A stretch of DNA of 64,000 bases, from the NCBI GenBank assembly GCA_045578815.1, contig JAZNKZ010000097.1, positions 10,430-74,429 of the forward strand. Direction: 5' to 3'. The stretch's first letter is position 1. Every line of letters starts with the position of its first letter. Of this stretch, positions 40,501 to 48,436 are shown in pieces. Origin of the DNA: Paludibacteraceae bacterium. GTDB taxonomy: Bacteria; Bacteroidota; Bacteroidia; Bacteroidales; Paludibacteraceae. The translations under genes and the position numbers were made by a program. The notes beneath the pieces are model-generated. The model was not told the origin of the DNA. It saw only the letters and a list, made by a program, of their open reading frames with translations, and ran no database searches.

Positions 40501-43500
40501 GAGGTCAATAGCGTGTCCCTACAAGGATTCAGCAGCGATACCTATAACTACCAAGTCGAACTACCTGAACGCGTTGCCTTCAAACGTGCTTACGACTCCG
40601 ACTCGGTGGTATTTGTACAAACGGCTAACTACATGGAATGGCAGGTATATGGCGATGAGCAACACACCTACCGTATTGCACCATCAACCAGTCTGTCAGA
40701 TAACACCTTCCTCAAGGCCATCTATATCGACAGCACCCTATACAGCGACTTCAACGAGCAGATCTACAACTATGTATATCGCACCGATAACCCTGTACAT
40801 ATTCATGCTGTGGCTAACGAAATGGCTAGCAAGTTGGATGTCACATCTACCGTACAAGGCGACACTACTATCTATACTTATGTTGTCACCGCTGAAGACG
40901 GCACAGTAGGCAAGCCATACACTTTGGCTATTGTTCCTGACCTCAGCGACATGAAGTACCTGCAAGCCATCTTGCTCGACGGCAAGCCACTAGCAGGTTT
41001 CCGTGCGGATAGCCTGACATACAACATCGTCATTCCTACGGGAGCGTACAAAGCCGTAGAGCCTACTATGCCTAGCATCCAGTATGTCCTCGGTGCACCT
41101 CGCCAACAAGCCACTATTGAGCACGGAGGATTAGGAGCTGCAACCAATATTGTAGTCACATCCGAGGATGGAGCACAGCAAACGGTTTACCAATTGCAAT
41201 TCGATGCCGAACCTAGCCACTGTGCTTCACTCACAGGTATTGCTATCAATGGTGTACCTATCGAGCATTTCGATAGCCATCGTCGCTACTATTCGGTCAA
41301 GACGAATGACGACAACGTCACACTCACATGGTCATCCAACGATAACTTCCAAACCGTGACAACGACCCAAGACCAATACTCGCAGACTATCCACGTCACT
41401 GCACAAGATGGTACTACCACCGCTGACTACGTCGTTGAGATCTACCAAGAGATGGTTTCATCCGATGTCACTCTGTCCAACATCTTGCTTGATGGTATGG
41501 CTTTCAACGCCTTCCATACTACCATCAACCCTGATCTGGACTTCTCACCTATGCAACAGCGTTACACCATTTACTTGCCTGCGGGATCTTTCATACCACA
41601 AGTCAACGCGTTGCTCAACTCCGAAGGTCAAACCGTGGATATCATCATCAATGGACAGAACGTCGAGATACACGTCACCGCACCTGACAAGGTATCTACC
41701 AATATCTATATCTTGCGTTTCGTGGTGCCTAAATCCAGCAACGCACTGCTCGATATGATCTACCTAGAATCCGACTCGCTACCTGGATTTGCGCCTACTC
41801 AGTTCAACTATTTCATTGATCTGCCAATAGGTCAGGACACTATGCCTAAGATCTCCGTTATCCCACAAGAGAGCACGCAGACCATTCTTGATTCCATCAC
41901 GGCACCGCTACAACATACTATTTTCGTCACTGCAGAGGATGGCACCGTACAGCAGTACCTCTTAGCCTTCCAACGCACATATTCCGATGCAGACACCCTC
42001 ATCGCTATCTACGAGGATGGCATGATCATCGACCAGTTCCAGCCCGACTCGTTCTACTATGCATACACCTTGCCTATCGGTACCGAGTACTTCCCTACTC
42101 TCTCATGGCTGGAAGCAGACATGTGGCAGACCGTCACTCCGAGCTTGATACTCGACTCACCTACCAAGCAGATCACTCAACTAGAGGTCGTTGCTGGATC
42201 AGGAAAGAAGAATGTTTACACCGTTTCCTACGAGATTCTACTATCCTCTGTTGATACTCTGCAAACCATCTACCACGGTGCTGACACACTCGAGGGATTC
42301 ATGCCTAACACCAACGAATACCACATCTACCTCGCACCGGGCGACTCACTCGCGCCTAATGTCACATGGGTAGAAGGCGACAGCTATCAGCTCGTCACAC
42401 CTACCACCGTGCCACATACTATCAACGGGCAACAAATTGGTTGGAAAACCACATTGCAGGTACTCGCACAAGATGGACACACACGCACATACACCATCTA
42501 CTTCCTATTCAGCAAGGTGCTTTCTACCAACACGGACCTGATGAATATCTACCTCAATGGTGAACCGATGGCGGAGTTCGATCCTGCTATTCATACCTAT
42601 CGTGTTCAGGTGCCTTATGGGCAAACTAAACCTTCTGTACTTGCCACACCGGCCGAACCTACACAGCAGATCTCCATCACACACGGAGATACCACTATCA
42701 TCGACGTCATTGCCGAAGACTTGCTCTATACCGATACCTACACCATCATCTTCGTTTATCAGCAGTCTTCCTACGCCCTCCTCACTGGTATCTACCAAGA
42801 CGGCACACTCATCGACGGCTTCCGTCCTGATTCCATGGAGTACCGTGTTACCCTACCATACGGCACTACCACCTTGCCTACGTTCACCTACGAAGCGGGC
42901 ATCGCGGGGCAGGTCATCAACGTGGATACTATCACATCCGTCAACGAGAATGGACAAACTGTCACATGCTACAGCTTTATCGTCATCGCGCCTGACGAGG
43001 AGACTTCCATGCAATACGACGTCTTCGTCACCGTGGCGCTCAACAACGATTGTAGCTTGCAATCCATCCTTATCAATGGCGAAGCGCTACAGGGATTCCA
43101 TTCTGATACACTCGATTACCAGATCACCTATCCTGTTGGATCCGATTCCACGGTACTTATCACAGAGCAGGCCATCCAGGCTATTGCCAACGACGTCAAT
43201 GCCAACGTCCTCATCACCAGCGACGGCTATAACTTCACTATCATCGTCACCGCTGAGGACGGTACCACTTCGCGCATCTACACCATCACACAGACTATTC
43301 TGCTCAGCCAAAATAATCGACTCATGGCTATCAATATCGATGGTACACTCATACGTGATTTCGACCCTGATGTGCTCCAGTACACCTACTTCATCGTAGA
43401 TGCACAACCTACCATCGAGGCTATACCAGAGGATTCTTCCACCACGGTGGACTACTCCATGTACATGGCTAACGAACCATTCTATATCTATGCTACGGCG

Positions 43501-43872
43501 GAAGATGGATCCGAACGCGTTTATACGATCTTCTTCGTGACTTCCACGGTAGATGCAGCGCGTACACCTAGCGCACACGATGTTCTCATCAAGCACATCG
43601 GAGGTATGGACTTCGCGGCTGCTACTTTGCGAAAGAATGTATCCATTGGTGTGTATGACCTTGAGGGACATTTGATCTTCCATTCTAAGATTGGAGAAAC
43701 CAATCAGAATGATGCTGTCATCGGCACGAATGCGGATGGTACGGACCGACTATTGGACGTATACAACCATACCACCCAGTTTACCTTGCCAGAGAAGGAT
43801 CAAATCTTCTTCTATGTCTTCTTCGAGAACGATAAACGCCGCATCGCATCTGGCAAACTGATGGTACATTAA
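34534..43872 (+). CDS. giant (3112 aa) secreted surface protein: signal peptide, PCMD-like domain, ~15 cadherin-like repeats, second PCMD-like domain, ~15 cadherin-like repeats, T9SS-like C-terminal domain
   Basis: One uninterrupted ORF. The signal peptide is LIILSGIFASAQQ. The domains QQVPNPSFEDWSG...DWYASN and NDQVPNTEFTEWT...GWNTIADV resemble each other. About 30 units of 80-90 aa follow the pattern (N/D)x(L)xxIxxxGxxLxGFxPxxxxYxxxLPxGTTxxPxV...TYTIxF. The C-terminus VSIGVYDLEGHLIF...QIFFYVFFEN...KLMVH resembles a T9SS sorting domain. Confidence 0.85.
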   Translation: MTKIYLKRFLLSSLIILSGIFASAQQVPNPSFEDWSGEKYDGEIQPKDWYASNVTQLSFKFNLAHREAGHTGNYSMMVQDTEVGAMGITEVSPGYFSLGKPWTHLPSITEINKATAGTSGGINFKYRPDTMSVWIKRTGPATDAEDFYLLYYAWSGTAKGSKYKGKDGNCTSISQTNEESDIRLALDANECGTDQKANQIAEGMWREKKEYGAWTNIRVPIYYFSNDVPTMMNIIFSASNYPNYRANDGLYKGNALYIDDVELIYSAKIQKLYVGGKEWKGFDPNTQEEQTYSLGRSATNIPEIKAVRGAGSITNAKGETASFAGRELSGSEITITNGEIDGTPTVITVKSEDGKSTTTYKIKFVREASTNAKLASIYVNGNAISNFKPDLGTYTHQLPYGTTAIPEVTVEKQEDEQTVEITQATSLTGTATIKVTAADKKATKTYTITFSVAKLSDNTLKDIKVNGVSILGFTPSQTIYRVSLPTTTTTIPEVEAVSAYPAGEQTITHTKPASAANLDGSQHVISVTTPGNPTPKTYKLNYKLEASNYSLLNNLQLGENLITNFNPNLLTYYVNFPIGTTEIPAVTYEKGEATQTVTIDTSGLNGTDGVIKVIVVAGNGVEQSEYKIVVTTAKSNISTLDMIYLDGTPLAGFSSDITSYSHILPVGTTVLPTITYDQGDEYQSVKVNVGSLNGTTRIVVTAENGSSTIYQITFSVAKATNASLKMIYVDGKPLSGFDPNILDYTYVLPQGTTRMPVITYDKADEYQQISTRDGGINGDYKITVRPQSGTAQTYTIHFSVATSSNADLAMIYLNGDSLAGFHHDTLNYVDTLPMGVLTIPTVTFDKGEEVQKILNICNNNVQTIKVTAESGATKTYTITFIIQRSNSAFLNMIYLDGDSLVGFDKNTFDYTVSLEGTTCPIISVDKEEGQQVTITAPYSTGQAKITVIPEEGAPNTYTINFVDVANNSALLKNIYVDGVAIAGFTPEVFVYDSITCSSIHSVITYQAESTQTVTEFRNKNIVTLYVVSGEDKAQYEVILYPLTNSDCTLRNITLEGITITGFTPTTYQYTLPIPAGTTAPNIGFEKQYAEQVVYAGMLNAHTYSLLVAAQSGDTARYTLHLDEQLSSDANLINLQLQGMTLTFDPDTYTYTVSLPEGYDLPNIIVESKPGQDVAMHSVSDTEQQVIVTAPNGNTNTYTIIYDRNKSTNAWLTDILINGVSLEGFDASFFHYTDTLAWRTKVVPCVQPIGAHPDQVITTYHSAVDGTTKIEVIAPDGVTKQEYTIHFPVIKSSKTELASIILDHETLTIDYQPNTTDYYIAIPYGETEVPLVIYEALEPEQTIQYISRPLGQTTEIIVTAENGDKATYKLHFTPTYASAANQLDSLHILIDDSVVYAQLDVKQTTHTVALPYGTRTMNVDFKKLFAEQTVWVQPGGIQSPTVITVKSNRPEEADVVYTITPQVAAQDPATLTDIQVNGTTIEGFDPNRFSYIVNVTNAPVIAYTAAPGAQVNILMQTTKHWQAQVTHNGRTNIYNVWYYYENDQVPNTEFTEWTKCATFTSADKPAGWNTIADVLGTHTGFFSFDPDGMVNKSGNDAVCLETPYSTPGGGNIPGFITLGNVTAKWGVAGSSSFGISGGISFHNTPDQVAMRYYNKKVKNHSLIQYSLTGTHGVKTLEWKDSETRSDYKEVTFDLSEANQTAGDPTLLNITICSFNSIAGTTNTALNTLAEMYVDYLRFSYNSTLTSIKVNDSVAVKDGNAFSYTLPDSENTLIPTLTFIGEVADQAQLVVWSEETKADGFSVRNATITNYAEDGTSTEYTLELKRPLDTKNTLSDLRLNGATISSFAPAKTDYTVHLASTVKHLPDLQPVAASSLQTITTSYADSTITIVVTPESGAATTYTVQFVTELSNDVELTNITANGIVFDPAITDYTIVADKLPEITFVKKMDGQTVNLNNGVLHVTAENGATGTYTIHLDKPVVTTTAQLADIEVNSVSLQGFSSDTYNYQVELPERVAFKRAYDSDSVVFVQTANYMEWQVYGDEQHTYRIAPSTSLSDNTFLKAIYIDSTLYSDFNEQIYNYVYRTDNPVHIHAVANEMASKLDVTSTVQGDTTIYTYVVTAEDGTVGKPYTLAIVPDLSDMKYLQAILLDGKPLAGFRADSLTYNIVIPTGAYKAVEPTMPSIQYVLGAPRQQATIEHGGLGAATNIVVTSEDGAQQTVYQLQFDAEPSHCASLTGIAINGVPIEHFDSHRRYYSVKTNDDNVTLTWSSNDNFQTVTTTQDQYSQTIHVTAQDGTTTADYVVEIYQEMVSSDVTLSNILLDGMAFNAFHTTINPDLDFSPMQQRYTIYLPAGSFIPQVNALLNSEGQTVDIIINGQNVEIHVTAPDKVSTNIYILRFVVPKSSNALLDMIYLESDSLPGFAPTQFNYFIDLPIGQDTMPKISVIPQESTQTILDSITAPLQHTIFVTAEDGTVQQYLLAFQRTYSDADTLIAIYEDGMIIDQFQPDSFYYAYTLPIGTEYFPTLSWLEADMWQTVTPSLILDSPTKQITQLEVVAGSGKKNVYTVSYEILLSSVDTLQTIYHGADTLEGFMPNTNEYHIYLAPGDSLAPNVTWVEGDSYQLVTPTTVPHTINGQQIGWKTTLQVLAQDGHTRTYTIYFLFSKVLSTNTDLMNIYLNGEPMAEFDPAIHTYRVQVPYGQTKPSVLATPAEPTQQISITHGDTTIIDVIAEDLLYTDTYTIIFVYQQSSYALLTGIYQDGTLIDGFRPDSMEYRVTLPYGTTTLPTFTYEAGIAGQVINVDTITSVNENGQTVTCYSFIVIAPDEETSMQYDVFVTVALNNDCSLQSILINGEALQGFHSDTLDYQITYPVGSDSTVLITEQAIQAIANDVNANVLITSDGYNFTIIVTAEDGTTSRIYTITQTILLSQNNRLMAINIDGTLIRDFDPDVLQYTYFIVDAQPTIEAIPEDSSTTVDYSMYMANEPFYIYATAEDGSERVYTIFFVTSTVDAARTPSAHDVLIKHIGGMDFAAATLRKNVSIGVYDLEGHLIFHSKIGETNQNDAVIGTNADGTDRLLDVYNHTTQFTLPEKDQIFFYVFFENDKRRIASGKLMVH
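35338..39153 (+). repeat. block 1 of about 15 divergent cadherin-like beta-sandwich repeats (protein level)
   Basis: By-eye segmentation of the translation (R0-R14). Each unit ends in a (T/K)-Y-x-(I/L)-x-(F/V) strand. Units 4-7 share the MIY(L/V)(D/N)G opening. Confidence 0.7.
39751..43545 (+). repeat. block 2 of about 15 divergent cadherin-like beta-sandwich repeats (protein level)
   Basis: By-eye segmentation (R15-R29), using the same consensus as block 1. Confidence 0.7.
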
Positions 43873-43890
43873 ATCGGGCTGACGCCCTGT

Positions 43891-43990
43891 TAGAATAGAG
43901 TAGTAGCGCTGTGCGCTGAGTAGAATGGAGTAGAATGGAGTAGAATTGTACAACCGCTACTCAACACTACTCAACCGCTACTCAATACTA
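43891..43990. repeat. GAGTAG word array followed by its reverse-complement CTACTC array (period 10-11)
   Basis: Sequence tagaataGAGTAGtagcgctgtgcgctGAGTAGaatgGAGTAGaatgGAGTAGaattgtacaaccgCTACTCaacaCTACTCaaccgCTACTCaatactacac. Confidence 0.85.
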
Positions 43991-44003
43991 CACAACACAC
44001 AAA

Positions 44004-46019
44004 ATGTTCACCCTCAACTCACCATATCGTCCCACGGGCGACCAACCCGAAGCCATCCAACAACTGCTGGATGGACTTCGGCGTGGGGCTGAGGCGCAAA
44101 CATTACTGGGCGTAACGGGCTCAGGTAAGACGTTTACTATTGCTAATGTTATTGCAGAAGTCAACCGTCCTACCCTCATCCTTAGCCATAACAAGACCCT
44201 CGCTGCGCAACTCTATAGCGAGATGCGGCAATTCTTCCCTAGTAATGCTGTTGAGTATTTCGTATCCTACTACGATTACTACCAGCCCGAGGCCTATATC
44301 CCTACAACTGACACGTATATTGAGAAGGACCTGAGTATCAACGAGGAGATCGACCGCCTACGTCTCAGTGCTATCTCTGCCCTACTCAGCGGCAGAAAAG
44401 ATGTGATTGTGGTTAGTTCCGTCAGTTGCCTATATGGCATCGGTAACCCGCAAGACTTCAGCCAATCGTGCATAAGCGTTGCAAAGGCTCAAAGTTTCAG
44501 GGTGGAAGAGTTTTTGCGTGCATTGGTTGACTCGCAGTACGTGCGCAACGATAATGAACTCACTCGCGGTAAGTTTCGCGTCAAGGGTGATACGGTTGAT
44601 ATTGCCCTTGCTTATGCCGACTATATCCTGCGTATCGAGTTCTTTGGCAACGAAGTGGATGCTATCATGACCCTTGACCCTGCCACCAATCAGGTCATCG
44701 AGGAGTTCGACAGCTACAACATCTACCCCGCCACGATCTTCTGCACCAATCCCGACAAACAAGCCCAGGCTATTTCGCAAATTCGCCTCGACCTTGCCAA
44801 CCAAGTGCAGTATTTCCACGACATCGGCGAACCCCTCTACGCCAAACGCATCGAGGAACGCGTCAAGTACGACCTAGAGATGATTCAGGAATTAGGCTAC
44901 TGCTCTGGCATCGAGAACTATAGCCGCTATTTCGACGGACGCGACGAGGGTACACCTCCCTATTGCTTGCTCGACTATTTCCCCAGCGATATGCTGCTGG
45001 TCATCGACGAAAGCCACGTCACCGTTCCGCAGATCCATGCCATGTACGGAGGCGACCGAGCACGCAAGAACAACCTCGTGCAATACGGTTTCCGATTGCC
45101 TGCTGCTCGCGACAACCGACCACTCACCTTCGAGGAGTTTGAGGCAAAAACGGGGCAAACTATCTACGTCTCGGCTACTCCTGCCGACTACGAACTCCAG
45201 CGCAGCAATGGTGTCTTTGTCGATCAACTCATCCGCCCTACGGGTCTGCTTGACCCAGAGATAGAGGTGCGCCCTACCCTTCATCAGGTCGATGACCTCA
45301 TGGAGGAGATACGCCTGCGCGTCAAGCAAGAGGAGCGTGTACTCATCACCACACTCACCAAACGTATGGCAGAGGAGATGGACGATTACCTACGCCGATA
45401 CGGCATACGCTCCGCCTATATCCACTCCGAGGTGGACACCCTCGACCGTATCCAGATCATGGAAGACTTGCGCAAGGGCTTGTACGATGTCCTTGTAGGT
45501 GTCAACCTCCTGCGAGAGGGACTAGACCTACCCGAAGTCAGTCTTGTAGCCATACTTGATGCCGACAAAGAGGGCTTCCTACGCGACCATCGTTCGCTCA
45601 CTCAGACCGCAGGACGAGCAGCACGACACCCTCACGGTAAGGTCATCTTGTATGGAGATAAGATCACTCCGTCCATGCAAAAAACGATGGCTGAGACCAA
45701 CCGTCGTCGTCAGAAGCAGATCGCCTATAACCAGCAACATGGCATCACACCTACGGCGCTGAAGAAAGCGATAGAGTCCTCTCCGCTCATTGCCCTCATG
45801 CGCCGTGAGCAAGCCGAGAAAGCCGAACTAGAAAAGAAAATCCACGATGCATGGCAATCAGCACCATGGCAGCAATATACCAAGAAGGAGCTGGAGAAAG
45901 CTAGCGAGAAGCAGCGCCGCGCAATGTTAGCAGCGGCCAAGAACCTCGACTTCGACACTGCCGCCCGCCTACGAGACGAATGGCTACAAATGGAAGACAA
46001 ACTCCAAGCGATGCAGTGA
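44004..46019 (+). CDS. uvrB: excinuclease ABC subunit B
   Basis: PTGDQPEAI, Walker A GVTGSGKT, DESH box (IDESHVTVPQ), and the C-terminal UVR motif AAKNLDFDTAARLRDE. Confidence 0.95.
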   Translation: MFTLNSPYRPTGDQPEAIQQLLDGLRRGAEAQTLLGVTGSGKTFTIANVIAEVNRPTLILSHNKTLAAQLYSEMRQFFPSNAVEYFVSYYDYYQPEAYIPTTDTYIEKDLSINEEIDRLRLSAISALLSGRKDVIVVSSVSCLYGIGNPQDFSQSCISVAKAQSFRVEEFLRALVDSQYVRNDNELTRGKFRVKGDTVDIALAYADYILRIEFFGNEVDAIMTLDPATNQVIEEFDSYNIYPATIFCTNPDKQAQAISQIRLDLANQVQYFHDIGEPLYAKRIEERVKYDLEMIQELGYCSGIENYSRYFDGRDEGTPPYCLLDYFPSDMLLVIDESHVTVPQIHAMYGGDRARKNNLVQYGFRLPAARDNRPLTFEEFEAKTGQTIYVSATPADYELQRSNGVFVDQLIRPTGLLDPEIEVRPTLHQVDDLMEEIRLRVKQEERVLITTLTKRMAEEMDDYLRRYGIRSAYIHSEVDTLDRIQIMEDLRKGLYDVLVGVNLLREGLDLPEVSLVAILDADKEGFLRDHRSLTQTAGRAARHPHGKVILYGDKITPSMQKTMAETNRRRQKQIAYNQQHGITPTALKKAIESSPLIALMRREQAEKAELEKKIHDAWQSAPWQQYTKKELEKASEKQRRAMLAAAKNLDFDTAARLRDEWLQMEDKLQAMQ

Positions 46020-46070
46020 AAACGGAAAACGGAGAGGGGAAAAGTGAAAACGGAAAGGGGAAAGGGGAAG
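46019..46070 (+). repeat. about 50-nt nearly pure polypurine word array (GAAAACGGA / GGGGAAA)
   Basis: Sequence gaaaacggaaaacggagaggggaaaagtgaaaacggaaaggggaaaggggaag, directly after the uvrB stop. A further 2 x CAATTCGAG lies at 46106-46124. Confidence 0.8.
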
Positions 46071-46140
46071 ATTTATATAATGACAATAAGCGTCAATTTG
46101 GTTGGCAATTCGAGACAATTCGAGGATTGATTTTTATCAC

Positions 46141-46180
46141 AAAAAAATCTCACCCCAGTTTAATGAGGTGAGATTTCAAT
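46141..46180. terminator. bidirectional intrinsic terminator between convergent uvrB and the acyl-CoA ligase gene
   Basis: 10-bp stem AAATCTCACC (46145-46154) / GGTGAGATTT (46167-46176) with a 12-nt loop, flanked by A7 upstream and T-rich sequence downstream. Confidence 0.65.
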
Positions 46181-46195
46181 TTTAGTTTTTATTCA

Positions 46196-47830
46196 TCACT
46201 TATACAAGAACCTCTTGATGCTCTTCTTCGGGGTTTTCTCGAATGGCTCGTCCTTGACCTCAATGTCGTGGACACGCGAATAGGACGGCAGCAGATCATT
46301 CAACTTCTTGAGGTTCTCCTTCATCATCTTATTAATCTCAGCGATAGAAAAGCCCTTGGTCTGCTCCTCATCGGGGAAAACCAGACCAATCAACTTGCCC
46401 TCACGCTCTACCACAATACTCTCTGCGACACCTGTTTGGTTGTTCAGTTTGTCCTCGATCTCCTCAGGATAGATGTTCTGACCACTCGCACCGAGGAACA
46501 TCGACTTGATACGACCACGGATAAAGATATTCTGCTTCTTATCCATATAGCCCAAGTCGCCCGTTCTGAGCCAGCCATCTTCGGTGAAAGCCGCCTTGGT
46601 AGCCTCCTCATTCTTGTAATAGCCCATCATCACGTTCTCGCCACGAACCAATATCTCACCTTCGCCTTTCTCGTTGGGGTTATCAATCTTTGCCTCCATA
46701 CCAGGCACAGGCGCACCGCAACTGCGACGCTTGAAGTACTTAGGGGGCAAACCGCTGACCAGAGGACCACACTCCGTCATACCAAAACCGATAGTCAATG
46801 GGAAATTCACATCCAAAAGGCACTTCTCCACCACAGGATTCATTGCAGCACCGCCACAGAGGAAATAGCGCACATTGCCGCCAAAAGCCTTGACCAACGA
46901 TTTCTTGACGTGTCCGCGAATAATATTCATCACACCTGGAGTGTACCAGCCGAACTTCAGCACAGGTTTGGACAATAGTGGATCCAGTTTCTTCTTGTGA
47001 ATCTTCTCAATCACCAATGGTACTGCAGCTACCAGATATGGATGCACATCCGCCATCGCCTTCAAGAGGATACTAGGTGTGGGCGCCTTAGTGAGATAGT
47101 AGATGGTTGCACCCGCACTGAATGGATAGAGGAAGTCCGCCAACTGACCAAACATATGCGCCAATGGCAACATACTCACCACGCGTTGTCCTGGTTCTAC
47201 AGGCAAGATATACAAGCCATTCTCCACATTGTTGCTCAGCGAACGATGACTGACCATCACGCCCTTAGGCGAACCCGTAGAGCCCGAAGTGTAATTGATA
47301 AGAGCCAGCGAATCTAGTTCTATCTCTCCGTCCTGCAAGAGCGAGAAGAAGCTGCTTTCGGTCAGCGTAGATGGCTCATTCAGGATGCCTTCCACCCTAC
47401 CCTGGTATGCCTCTGCCAGATGGATAAACGAATAGTCGTCCATCGACATGATAGCATCTAGTTCGGGCAATTGTTGGTGTTGCAACTCACGCCACACATA
47501 AGGGCCCACGATAAGCATCTTCGCATCGGAGTGCTCGATGAGTCGTGCCAAGTCTTCGGCTTTGAAGTCTTGCAGCAGCGTCACTGCCACTGCCTTATAC
47601 GACAAGATCGCCATATAACTAACCACCCAGTTGGAGCAGTTGCGTGAGGCGATAGCAATCTTATCACCCTGTTGTATGCCCAAAGCCCGAAAGAGCTTAT
47701 GAAAGCGCCGTACTTGTTGAGCCACCTCGCCATGGGTGTATTGATTTTTCTCTCCGTAATCCACGAAGGCGACATCGCGCCAACGATTATGGATTACCTG
47801 ATCCATATAATGTAAAAAATGATGTTTCAT
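46196..47830 (-). CDS. AMP-dependent synthetase/ligase (long-chain acyl-CoA synthetase-like)
   Basis: AMP-binding signature YTSGSTGSPKGV, also GFGMTE and TGDLGYMD. ATG at 47830 is preferred over the upstream GTG at 47854 in the track. Confidence 0.85.
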   Translation of the reverse strand: MKHHFLHYMDQVIHNRWRDVAFVDYGEKNQYTHGEVAQQVRRFHKLFRALGIQQGDKIAIASRNCSNWVVSYMAILSYKAVAVTLLQDFKAEDLARLIEHSDAKMLIVGPYVWRELQHQQLPELDAIMSMDDYSFIHLAEAYQGRVEGILNEPSTLTESSFFSLLQDGEIELDSLALINYTSGSTGSPKGVMVSHRSLSNNVENGLYILPVEPGQRVVSMLPLAHMFGQLADFLYPFSAGATIYYLTKAPTPSILLKAMADVHPYLVAAVPLVIEKIHKKKLDPLLSKPVLKFGWYTPGVMNIIRGHVKKSLVKAFGGNVRYFLCGGAAMNPVVEKCLLDVNFPLTIGFGMTECGPLVSGLPPKYFKRRSCGAPVPGMEAKIDNPNEKGEGEILVRGENVMMGYYKNEEATKAAFTEDGWLRTGDLGYMDKKQNIFIRGRIKSMFLGASGQNIYPEEIEDKLNNQTGVAESIVVEREGKLIGLVFPDEEQTKGFSIAEINKMMKENLKKLNDLLPSYSRVHDIEVKDEPFEKTPKKSIKRFLYK

Positions 47831-47835
47831 AATTT

Positions 47836-47920
47836 TTCTGTTCGCTATGCTCACGTTTTCTGCTTCGCGTTATCTGTCGCTTTGCGACGTTGTCTGCTTT
47901 GCGTTGTGTGCTTCGCGTTA
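47836..47920. repeat. A-poor word array (TGCTTCGCG / TCTG(T)CGC)n between the thioesterase and ligase genes
   Basis: Sequence ttctgttcgctatgctcacgttttctgcttcgcgttatctgtcgctttgcgacgttgtctgctttgcgttgtgtgcttcgcgtta. Confidence 0.75.
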
Positions 47921-47921
47921 A

Positions 47922-48434
47922 TTAATTTTTAAATTCATTCAGAACATCCTCCCTTGTCACTTCTTCCCCGATTAGTTCTGTTGGGCGGTAAGGCACCCCC
48001 TCAGGTGCGTGTGCCGCATCAAATGTAAAATAGGTGCAGGTACATTCCACCAAGATCTCCCCCTCTGCACTTCTAATCTCGCCATCTACAATGGCTATAT
48101 TGCGCTTCATCTCACGCAAGCGCGCACGCAATTCTATATATTTCTGGCGTATCACTACAGGTTTGCGAAAACGCGTCTCCATCTTAGCCGTCACACCCGA
48201 CGCCTGCAACTTATGAAAGACTACCCAACCGCATACCTCATCCAATAGCACCGACTGTACGCCACCATGCAGCGTGTTATCCCACGATTGATAGCGAGCC
48301 GATGGATGCCATAGGCATACCACATCATCACCCTCCTCATAAAACTTCATCTGCAAACCAAAAGGATTATCTGGACAACAACCAAAACAATGATAACCCT
48401 CTGCTCCTATCCACGGATTCTTTATCAGTCGCAT
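47922..48434 (-). CDS. hotdog-fold (PaaI-type) thioesterase
   Basis: N-terminal CFGCCPDNPFGLQM element followed by a HGGVQSVLLDEVCGW hotdog core. 170 aa. Confidence 0.75.
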   Translation of the reverse strand: MRLIKNPWIGAEGYHCFGCCPDNPFGLQMKFYEEGDDVVCLWHPSARYQSWDNTLHGGVQSVLLDEVCGWVVFHKLQASGVTAKMETRFRKPVVIRQKYIELRARLREMKRNIAIVDGEIRSAEGEILVECTCTYFTFDAAHAPEGVPYRPTELIGEEVTREDVLNEFKN

Positions 48435-48436
48435 AA

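Noticed and set aside
42557-43399. 280-aa ORF in an alternative plus-strand frame inside the giant gene (also 43087-43683 on the minus strand)
   Set aside because: The Ser/Thr/Pro/Leu-rich translation is typical of an off-frame reading of ACC/ATC/TAC/GAC-rich codons. The main frame shows the periodic repeat consensus throughout this region.
46268-46978. 236-aa plus-strand ORF antisense to the acyl-CoA ligase gene
   Set aside because: The opposite strand carries the AMP-binding signature. This translation is Leu/His/Thr-rich with no motifs.
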